Positions 50,801 through 61,379 of a stretch of DNA of 64,000 bases are shown piece by piece. Made by a program: the position numbers and the translations under genes. Under the pieces are notes generated by a model. That model had not been told where the DNA came from, ran no database searches, and worked only from the letters and a program-made list of their open reading frames with translations. Positions within the stretch are counted from its first letter, which is position 1. Each line of letters begins with the position of its first letter. This stretch comes from Eledone cirrhosa. Taxonomy: Eukaryota. The DNA is taken from contig OZ024740.1 in NCBI GenBank assembly GCA_964016885.1, forward strand, positions 124,001-188,000. Direction: 5' to 3'.

Positions 50801-51300
50801 GTCATTGAGTGTCCAGATTCTTCAGACTCTCCATAATTCCATAGTCCATCTAGCGTATCGAAAAGCAACCAGGTCTAAACTTAAGGAGTGATAGCCGAGG
50901 CAGTGGTTTTGTGAGAGAGATTGGTAAGAGAAACATATAAGCTGCTGAATTATGATTGGACCAAATAATAATGGGGGAACTGGGGGAGTTAGCGAGAAGG
51001 TTATTTTATAATATAATCCTAGAAATTCTGCTATAATTAAATGAGCAAATAACAGTAATAAGAGTTTACATACAAGTAGAAGATTGTTTTCGAGGGTCTG
51101 ACAGAATTATGGGATTTTAAAATACAAGAAGATTGTTTTGAACAATCAGACAGAATCCAATCTTTTCTTTTCAATGTTATTCGATAATTCTAAGTTAAGC
51201 GGACGATATAATACTGATAGATGAATGGACTAGGAACATGGAGAGACAAGAAAAACAGAATGAATACATTACATTTCACGAAAGCGAGCAAGCTACAACT
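47843..51300 (-). mobile_element. Near full-length disrupted RTE LINE (APE endonuclease + RT); 5' boundary approximate
   Basis: VGTMNVGTL, CCVQETRW, GVGI, AYAPQ, AGDLNGHVG, RNEEGSRILDFC, then RT motifs; multiple stops and deletions. Confidence 0.92.
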
Positions 51301-51506
51301 TGTAATAATGGTCTCTTATATAGGCACAAGGCCAGCAATTTTGGGGGAGGGGAAAGTTGATTAAATTGACCCCAGTGCGTGACTGGTACTTTATTTTTAT
51401 TGATCACTGGAAGGCAAAGCTGACTTTCATTTGATTTCAACTCAGAATACAGAAGTCTGGAATAAATCAGTCATTTAATTACTGGCTGTTAAAATGATTG
51501 AGGATA

Positions 51507-53993
51507 ATTTCTACTACACTGGGGATGTTTATATATTTCTACACTGGGGTTGTTTATATATTTCTACACTGGGGTTGTTTATATATTTCTACACTGGGGA
51601 TGTTTATATATTTCTACTACACTGGTGATGTTTATATATGTCTACTACACTGGGGATGTTTATATATTTCTACTACACTGGGGATGTTTATATATTTCTA
51701 CACTGGGGATGTTTATATATTTCTACACTGGGGTTGTTTATATATTTCTACTACACTGGGGTTGTTTATATATTTCTACTACACTGGGGATGTTTATATA
51801 TTTCTACACTGGGGTTGTTTATATATTTCTACACTGAGGTTGTTTATATATTTCTACTACACTGGGGTTGTTTATATATTTCTACTACACTGGGGTTGTT
51901 TATATATTTCTACTACACTGGGGAAGTTTATATATTTCTACTACACTGGGGATGTTTATATATTTCTACTACACTGTGGATGTTTATATATTTCTACACT
52001 GGGGTTGTTTATATATTTCTACACTGAGGTTGTTTATATATTTCTACTACACTGGGGATGTTTATATATTTCTACACTGGGGATGTTTATATATTTCTAC
52101 TACACTGGGGATGTTTATATATTTCTACACTGGGGTTGTTTATATATTTCTACACTGGGGATGTTTATATATTTCTACTACACTGGGGAAGTTTATATAT
52201 TTCTACACTGGGGTTGTTTATATATTTCTACTACACTGGGGATGTTTATATATTTCTACTACACTGGGGTTGTTTATATATTTCTACTACACTGGGGTTG
52301 TTTATATATTTCCACACTTTGGTTGTTTATATATTTCCACACTTTGGTTGTTTATATATTTCTACACTGGGGATGTTTATATATTTCTACACTGGGGTTG
52401 TTTATATATTTCTACACTGGGGATGTTTATATATTTCTACTACACTGGGGATGTTTATATATTTCTACACTGGGGATGTTTATATATTTCTACACTGGGG
52501 ATGTTTATATATTTCTACACTGGGGTTGTTTATATATTTCTACTACACTGGGGATGTTTATATATTTCTACACTGGGGATGTTTATATATTTCTACACTG
52601 GGGTTGTTTATATATTTCTACTACACTGGGGTTGTTTATATATTTCTACACTGGGGTTGTTTATATATTTCTACACTGGGGATGTTTATATATTTCTACT
52701 ACACTGGGGATGTTTATATATTTCTACTACAATGCGGATGTTTATATATTTCTACACTGGGGATGTTTATATATTTCTACTACACTGGGGTTGTTTATAT
52801 ATGTCTACTACACTGGAGATGGTTATATATTTCTACACTGTGGTTGTTTATATATTTCTACACTGGGGATGTTTATATATTTCTACTACACTGGGGATGT
52901 TTATATATTTCTACTACACTGGGGATGTTTATATATTTCTACACTGGGGTTGTTTATATATTTCTATTACACTGGGGTTGTATATATATTTCTACACTGG
53001 GGATGTTTATATATTTCTACTACACTGGGGATGTTTATATATTTCTACTACACTGGGGATGTTTATATATTTCTACTACACTGGGGATGTTTATATATTT
53101 TTACACTGGGGTTGTTTATATATTTCTACTACACTGGGGTTGTTTATATATTTCTACACTGGGGTTGTTTATATATTTCTACACTGGGGATGTTTATATA
53201 TTTCTACACTGGGGATGTTTATATATTTCTACACTGGGGATGTTTATATATTTCTACACTGGGGTTGTTTATATATTTCTACACTGGGGTTGTTTATATA
53301 TTTCTACTACACTGGGGTTGTTTATATATTTCTACACTGGGGTTGTTTATATATTTCTACACTGGGGATGTTTATATATTTCTACTACACTGGGGATGTT
53401 TATATATTTCTACTACAATGCGGATGTTTATATATTTCTACACTGGGGATGTTTATATATTTCTACACTGGGGATGTTTATATATTTCTACTACACTGGG
53501 GTTGTTTATATATGTCTACTACACTGGAGATGGTTATATATTTCTACACTGTGGTTGTTTATATATTTCTACACTGGGGATGTTTATATATTTCTACTAC
53601 ACTGGGGATGTTTATATATTTCTACTACACTGGGGATGTTTATATATTTCTACACTGGGGTTGTTTATATATTTCTATTACACTGGGGTTGTATATATAT
53701 TTCCACACTGGGGATGTTTATATATTTCTACTACACTGGGGATGTTTATATATTTCTACTACACTGGGGATGTTTATATATTTCTACTACACTGGGGATG
53801 TTTATATATTTTTACACTGGGGTTGTTTATATATTTCTACTACACTGGGGTTGTTTATATATTTCTACACTGGGGTTGTTTATATATTTCTACACTGGGG
53901 TTGTTTATATATTTCTACAACACTGTGGATGTTTATATATTTCTACTACACTGGGGATGTTTATATATTTCTACACTGGGGATGTTTATATAT
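51507..53993. repeat. 25/28-bp tandem minisatellite (about 2.5 kb)
   Basis: Unit TTTCTAC(TAC)ACTGGGG(A/T)TGTTTATATA. Confidence 0.98.
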
Positions 53994-56818
53994 TAATTGC
54001 CACAATCTAGTAAAATAACCAAGTTTCCTCATTATTATACTAGTCTAGGGCGAAGGATTGGCACTATCAGTGGAGCATCAAACAGCATGCTTAGCAGCAT
54101 CAAGTTATGGCTCTTTATGTTCTGAGTTGAAATCCTGCCGAGGTTAGCTTTGCCTTTCATCCTTTCTGGGTTCTTCTTCACCCACTTATTCCTGAGAGGG
54201 TCGTGGGGGCAGAGTCCTCAAACACTCCTTCCAGCAGGTCCTGTCAAAAGAAACCGTCTCCAATTGATCTGGCTGGATCACCAAGACCAGCCAAGCTCAT
54301 GGATGTTATCCAACCATCCATCTTGCTTGGCGGTCTACTTCTGGGTCTCCTGCCGGTTGGTTTTGCCCATAAAATCTATGCAACAATTCTTTCCTGAGAC
54401 ATTCTAACCACATGCCAATAGTATCGAAGCTGTGATCTCTTAATTCAGAGAAGTATCGGCTCTACCTGGGGTGACTCTCAGATCTCTGGGCTATGCATTG
54501 TATTGAGTAACGTTACTCCAAAAATCCATCAAAAGAACACCATTTCAGCTGCTTGTATTCATGATTGTATTCTTTCAGTCATTACCCAAGATTCATGGCC
54601 ATATGTAAGGGTTGACATGAATACCGAATTGGGCTTTATGCCTACCTCCCTTCTTCTGATTACTGAATGTTGAAGGTGGTGCATTACTGTACAAGCTCCT
54701 GCAATTTCTTTCTGGGTTGAAAAAGAACAGTGCCCTCACCTCCATCTACAAGATCCCTTCTAATTTTCTTTGTTGTCATTGCCCCACCCTCATCTGATCT
54801 CATGATGGCATTAGATCTATTTAACAATCTCCACAGACAGCCACCTATTCTCCTATTTACTCTACACTGGCACTCAATAAGGTATGACTTCAGTCCTATC
54901 TATATTCACTTCCCTCCCTCCCAGGCTATGTACAAGCATCAGATCCACTTACAACCATACATCCTACAACTACCTCCTCCTCTATACTGCCAATCAAAGC
55001 CACTATCACTACTCTACACTGCCCCTCTCCTCCAATCTATTCTTAACACTTTTCTATTGCCCTATCTAATGGAAAATAAAAATAATAATGATGATAATGA
55101 AAATTATTGTGTACAGTGTTCAGGTGCACTACAATTCATCAAAGGTGCATGTATAGTACATAGAATAATTGTTTCTACTTTTGGCACAAGGCCAGCAATT
55201 ACCCAGTGCATTACTGGCACTTTATTTTATCAACCCCATAAGGATGAAAGGCAAAGTTAACCTCGGCGGGATTTGAACTCATAGAATAATGTACACATGT
55301 CAGAAAAATGAACAAAGTATGAGCCATGATATACATACAGACACACACATTCGTGCATGTGTATGGAGGGGGAATGTCAGGTATAGTGTTGGAGAATTTC
55401 AGGAAGCATAGAAGTTTTGAAGGATGCAGTGTCCCGACAGCTGTTGCAGGTAGTTCTATGCTTCAGTAACTCTGATGATGATGGTAATGCTATATATATA
55501 CCACACACTTCCTACAATTTCCATCTACCAACTACACTCAAAAGAAATTGCTCAGTCAGGAGCTACATTAAAAGACACAGCCCCTAATTTACCATGCAGT
55601 AGGACTGAACTTAAAACCATGTGGTTGTAAAGCTCTGTCTGCACTTAAATATGGATACAAAAGAGTTAAACTTAAAGCAATTTCCTCTACGGGGGAGACA
55701 GGAAAGAATACTGAATGGATTCCCTAATGATTTCCTTCAGTAATTAAATCAACACAATTTAACGAACTTCCACTGGAAAACTTACAAGGAACTTTGGTAA
55801 GTTAGTGATATAATGTTCCACAAAATTGTAAAATGGTTAGCAATAGAGATGGAAGCATGCATGACTACAGTCACTAATCTGTTAGAAGATGAGAACTAGG
55901 AAAATTGTGTTGGCTCAAAAGGAAAAGATTCTGAGGATGTAAGGATGTAGGTTGGTAAGAAGTAAGAAGATATTTCTTTTAATAAGAAAACCCATTCTGT
56001 AGATAGCTTAGTGTTAACATATTTAATGCTGGGGGCATCAAACATTTCATTTGAAATATTTTATACATTGAAGAGTGGTTAAATAGTTTGCTTTGCAGCA
56101 TGTAGTTTGGGGCTCAATTCCACTGCATGACAACTCAGGAAAATGTCTTACATTACTATAGCCTCAGGCTGACTAATGTCTTGTGAGTGAAATATGGTAG
56201 ACGGATACTGTGCTAAAGCCCAGTCATAGAAACATTGCCAAAGATGGAACATAAAGATGACAAATACCCTGTGAGTTAAATATGGTAGATGGATACTGTG
56301 CTAAAGTCCAGTCTTAGAAACATTGCCAAAGATGAAACATAAGAGTGAAGTGTAGTACTCTGACCTATCTATCAGAGCATTAACTCTCAATAAACATTGA
56401 CTCAGCCTGTGAAAATGCATCCAATCCATGCCTGCATAACAAGCAAATATGACTGGCAGTATTGGTAGAGCATCAGACAATATGCTTTGCAGCATAGAGT
56501 TACGGCTATTTACATTCTGAATTCAAATCCCGCCGAGGTTAGCTTTGCCTTTCATCCTTATGGGGTCGATAAAATAAAGTACCAGTAATGTACTGGAATC
56601 GATTTAATCGTCTTTCCTTTCCTCCAAAATTATTGACCTTGTGCCTAAATCAGAAGACAATATGATTTAATATCCATTCTTCAATACTGGAATGAGTTGG
56701 ACAGTTAGTACTTAGTCTGAGCTTCAGACCTGACAGACATGTTTACATATGATACAGCATTTTACAGAGTGTACTGGGTACATTTTATATATATATGTGT
56801 GTATATATATATATATAA

Positions 56819-58290
56819 CAAAGGAATTGTGGTAAGGAACCAGATGGACCATAACGCACCAGAGTACTCAATACTTAGGGCAGTAGAGTGGGAAATAGGA
56901 ACAAGTATGACCCCGATGGCAGAGCTCAAGCCGTTTCGACGGCTATTTCTGGACTAAATTAGAATTTTTAGCCTGGTGAATAAATAGCCGAGCTTTTCAA
57001 GGGGGTACTTCCTTATATGGGAAGATTGTAGTTGTCAAGAGGATTGGTTAAAATTTGTTGTAAACACAAATAAGTCTATCATGGCATTTGGTGGAGGGTA
57101 GGGGTGGCTGAACTTGCCTGTAGAACAAAAGGGGAGTGACAGGAGTGGTCAAGCATTAAAAGTGATATGTATACAGCAGATTCTGAGGATAGAGTATGAA
57201 GTGGAGGAGGGAGGTTACAGAATAGGTAAATCGAATGAGAGTAGGAGACAATAAAATATAACAGAAAGAAATAAAAAAATATATAAAATTAGATAGAGAA
57301 ATAAATAAAAAAAATCACGATGCTATCTTACAATTACAGATTAATAAGTTGAGAATAGAAAAAACTTGTAAAAATTGAGTAGTACCAGAACTGATATAGA
57401 ATTAAAGGGGTTTAACATGTCTGCTATATGTAGTTAGTAAAACGTATTCGGCCAATTCTATCTTAAGATTACAGGGGTGGGAGAACTGGTGCTACAGAGG
57501 CCCGATGGGCTGCATCAGGGTAGGTGAAGGGGAGAAGCAGACGAGGAAGAAAATAGGGGTGGAAGGAAGTGATAGGATGAGACAGGAGGAAGAATCCAAA
57601 GAGGAAAAAAGAAAAGAAAAGAGATACATCTACCTGGTCTGTACTATTGGGGTTGTACTCTTTGAGGGTGAGGAGCCCATCATCCCGGTGAGTTTAAATA
57701 GTAGGAATAATCCTATAAGATCTGTGACCTCGGCCAAATCCGTCGCGCCCATACTGACGTCGAAGGGGGATTCGGGAGCTCTCTTTATCCACTTAGAGTT
57801 GTCAAAAAGAAGGACTGTCTTCCTGGCGTGAAGAATGATATTTCTTTCCTGCTCAGTGATGGGTGTGAGTGTCTCGGCAAAGTCCAAGGCGGCCGTAAGG
57901 AGCGGTAAGGTAATAGATGCATAGCAACTCTCTATCTCAAACTGGATGAATTTTGTGTCTCGTTTGTCCTCCATATTCCTGAACCATGAGATTACTTCCT
58001 GGGTGCTGACCCATAGGTTAAGTCTCACGTTTTGCTTAACTTTTGGTATAACTCGGTCTAGGATCTTTTTACTGATTCTCCCTATGTCCAACTTCGTTGG
58101 GTTTATAAGCCTAATGGATGGTTTGCGGTCGAAGTCGGATTTGTGGTCCTGCAGTGTGAAGTAGGGAGTCCGTGGGTCTAGGGGTTCAGTGCAGTCGGCG
58201 ACCCCGAGGCTGGAGATAATTTGTTGTCCATCTCGATTTATGTCCTCGATAATTGAATGGTTAGCCTTTTTATAGGTGGAGTTTAGGCTG
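56819..58290 (-). mobile_element. Penelope-like element, inverted left arm (RT N-terminal part, large internal deletion, full 3' region)
   Basis: Reverse complement of 58294-58908 and about 60022-60757; ORF 57630-58091 is nearly identical to part of the right-arm RT. Confidence 0.92.
56903..57010 (-). ncRNA. Hammerhead ribozyme variant (U3-A8 core), mirror copy with AUC triplet and stem III mismatch
   Basis: Reverse complement of 60643-60750 with GCCATC instead of GCCGTC. Confidence 0.6.
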
Positions 58291-58293
58291 CTT

Positions 58294-59962
58294 CAGCCTC
58301 GGGGTCGCCGACCGCTTGAACCCTTAGACCCACGGACTCCCTACTTCACACTGCAGGACCACAAATCCGACTTCGACCGCAAACCATCCATTAGGCTTAT
58401 AAACCCAACGAAGTTGGACATAGGGAGAATCAGTAAAAAGATCCTAGACCGAGTTATACCAAAAGTTAAGCAAAACGTGAGACTTAACCTATGGGTCAGC
58501 ACCCAGGAAGTAATCTCATGGTTCAGGAATATGGAGGACAAACGAGACACAAAATTCATCCAGTTTGAGATAGAGAGTTGCTATGCATCTATTACCTTAC
58601 CGCTCCTTACAGCCGCCTTGGACTTTGCCGAGACACTCACACCCATCACTGAGCAGGAAAGAAATATAATTCTCCACGCCAGGAAGACAGTCCTTCTTTT
58701 TGACAACTCTAAGTGGGTAAAGAGAGCTCCCGAATCCCCCTTCGACGTCAGTATGGGCGCGACGGATTTGGCCGAGGTCACAGATCTTATAGGATTATTC
58801 CTACTATTTAAACTCACCAAAATGTTTCCTGCATTCAGCGGTGGATTGTACCGGGATGATTGGCTCCTCGCCCTCAAAGGGTACAACCCCAGTAGTACAG
58901 ACCGGGTCCATAAACAACTAATCAACTTCTTCTGGGACTGGGGATTTAAAATCACCCTACGAACGTCCCTAACCCAAGTCAATTTCCTGGACGTTACACT
59001 TAACCTCAAAAATGATCTGTACTACCGATACAGGAAACCAAACGACAACTTGCACTACATCCACCACCGTTCAAACCATCCTAGAGACATCACCAACAAC
59101 CTGGTTAAAAACATCTCCCTCCACATATCTTGTTTGTCCGCTAATGAGCAGATATTCAACGAACACGTGCCTCATTACAACCAGGCCCTCAAGCAGAGTG
59201 GCTTCCGGGAGGAAATATCCTTTTATCCAGCTTCCCTTAGCGGTTCCAGCAGGCGACACCGCCACTCACGCAACGTAACATGGTTCAATCCTCCCCATAA
59301 TGCCGAGGTGGCAACACCTATCGAGAAAATCTTCTTTAGACTCCTCGAAAAACACTTTCCACTACAACACCGCTACCACAACATAATCAACACAAACACC
59401 ATCAAACTCTCCTACAGCACCACACCTAACTTCGCACAAAACATCGTCTGCTCAAACAACAAAAAAACTCAACCTCTATGGAAGAAATAACCTAGACATC
59501 AGTGGTGAGCCAACCACGAGGTGTAACTGCCCTGATAGATCTACATGCCCCCTCAACAACAGATGCCGAGAACGTAACGTGATCTACCAGTGCAACGTGA
59601 GAACGGACCCCTCCAACAAAGCTTATATAGGATTAACCACGTGTGACTTCAAAACCCGGCTCTACCAACACCGACATACTTTCCGAAACCCGGTCCGGCG
59701 ACATGCCACTACACTTTCGGGCCACATCTGGGACCTCCAAGATAATAATATAACCTTAAATCTCACTTGGAGCTTACTGTCCAAAGCTAACTCTTACACG
59801 GGAGGACGCCGTCCGTGTAACTTATGCTCGGAGGAAACATTACAAAAGCTGTTTTCGAAGGATCAACTCCTAAATAAGAAAGAGGAACTGGTAACCGCAT
59901 GCAAACACAGATTGTGTAGGACTTACCTCGCCCTCAAACCCCATAACGACCCGGGTGAGTAG
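58294..59962 (+). pseudogene. PLE reverse transcriptase + GIY-YIG endonuclease, frameshifted near 59460
   Basis: TLQDHK...RLINPTK, QFEIESCY (catalytic D to E), FDVSMG, GLYRDD, VNFLDVTL, YRKPN, SNHP, WFNPP, CNCPDRSTCPLNNRC, VIYQC...YIGLT...FKTRLYQHRHTF, CNLCSEE...LLNKKEE...CKH. Confidence 0.9.
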
Positions 59963-60642
59963 ACATGGGCTGATACCCCCCTACTTGCCGAATAAGTTAG
60001 GGGAAACCCCAGCTTACTTAGTTAGATGTATCTCTTTTCTTTTTTCCTCTGTCTTCTTCTTCCTCCTGTCTCATCCTATCATTTCCTTCCACCCCCTATT
60101 TTCTTCCTCACCTGCTTCTCCCCTTCGCCTACCCTGATGCAGCCCATCGGGCCTCTGTAGCATCAGTTCCTCCACCCCTGTAATCTTAAGATAGAATTGG
60201 CCGAATACGTTTTACTAACTACATATAGCAGACATGTTAAACCCCTTTAATTCTATATCAGTTCTGGTACTACTCAATTTTTACAAGTTTTTTCTATTCT
60301 CAACTTATTAATCTGTAATTGTAAGATAGCATTGTGATTTTTTTTATTCATTTCTCTATCTAATTTTATATATTTTTTTTATTTCTTTCTGTTATATTTT
60401 ATTGTCTCCTACTCTCATTCGATTTACCTATTCTGTAACCTCCCTCCTCCACTTCATACACTATCCTCAGAATCTGCTGTATACATATCACTTTCAATGC
60501 TTGACCACTCCTGTCACTCCCCTATTGTTCTACAGGCAAGTTCAGCCACCCCTACCCTCCACCAAATGCCATGATAGACTTATTTGTGTTTACAACAAAT
60601 TTTAACCAATCCTCTTGACAACTACAATCTTCCCATATAAGG

Positions 60643-60750
60643 AAGTACCCCCTTGAAAAGCTCGGCTATTTATTCACCAGGCTAAAAATTCTAATTTAGT
60701 CCAGAAATAGCCGTCGAAACGGCTTGAGCTCTGCCGTCGGGGTCATACTT
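60643..60750 (+). ncRNA. Type I hammerhead ribozyme with variant U3-A8 core
   Basis: Stem I AAGTA-c-CCCC / GGGG-tca-TACTT; core TTGAAAA (60653-60659); stem II G..CGGCTATTT / AAATAGCCG.C; GAAA at 60716; stem III ACGGC/GCCGT; GUC at 60736-60738. Confidence 0.72.
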
Positions 60751-60783
60751 TTTCCTATATATATGTATATATATATATACATA

Positions 60784-61342
60784 CAGGGTGCGGACGACAT
60801 CTGTTCACAATTTTCAACTGCTAATTTTATGCAAATTTTTTTTACTTACGTTGTCACTCTTGTCTTCATAAAAACAGTGACTATATTTCCATTATTTATT
60901 TTCAGAATAATTGATTATGAATAATTTTGAACCTCCAAATTTGTGGAAAAGGTACAGAGTTCTTCTTGGAAACCGCGTTGGGAGGACAAAAAAGGAAATG
61001 TCATACTTTCTCAGCGTCAGCAGGAGAATGGTGTTTCATCCTAGACTTGTTTGTGTGAGGCGCAGTGGAATGAGACACCAACAGATCTAGCTGCAATACG
61101 AAAGACAATCTGAAGGCCAGGATCACAAGTGCCTTTAGGGGCCTAAGTCCGGGGACAGTGACGAAGGCCTGTAGCCGGCTCCGAGGCCGTCATCAAAGCA
61201 AATGGCAGGTTTATCGAGTGAGATCGAAAGAACAAGTCATGAAGACAAACTGACCCAAGTTTGATAAATATATCTTAAAAAATAAAACTACTGTGTTATT
61301 TTTTCCTAGACAGTAATCTTGCAAACACATATTGTCCGCACC

Positions 61343-61345
<3 letters not shown>
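60784..61345 (+). mobile_element. Tc1/mariner-superfamily deletion derivative
   Basis: TIRs CAGGGTGCGGAC.A.AT.TGTT / AACACATATTGTCCGCACCCTG in a TA run; transposase-end remnant EAVIKANGRFIE*. Confidence 0.75.

Positions 61346-61379
<34 letters not shown>

Larger units (their letters stand above)
58294..60757 (+). mobile_element. Penelope-like retroelement, probably Naiad clade, 5'-truncated
   Basis: RT followed by CNC-x5-CP-x4-C linker, C-terminal GIY-YIG and a 3' region with a hammerhead. Confidence 0.9.

Noticed and set aside
51498-54018. Overlapping 832/716/650-aa ORFs in all three plus frames
   Set aside because: The 25/28-bp units almost never contain stop triplets and have length 1 mod 3, so every frame cycles through the same peptide; a minisatellite artefact
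56183-56345. About 87-bp local direct duplication (similar small ones at 9345-9405 and 23390-23670)
   Set aside because: Ordinary local slippage duplications with no sign of function
58276-60200. Selenoprotein-type Naiad (UGA recoding/SECIS) or an active PLE
   Set aside because: Cys motifs use TGT/TGC with no in-frame TGA; the element is 5'-truncated and frameshifted, with the first catalytic Asp replaced by Glu
60134-60210. CTGATGC...GGCCGAATAC as a hammerhead
   Set aside because: Core deviates without compensation and no consistent stems I/III form; the fold at 60643-60750 fits much better
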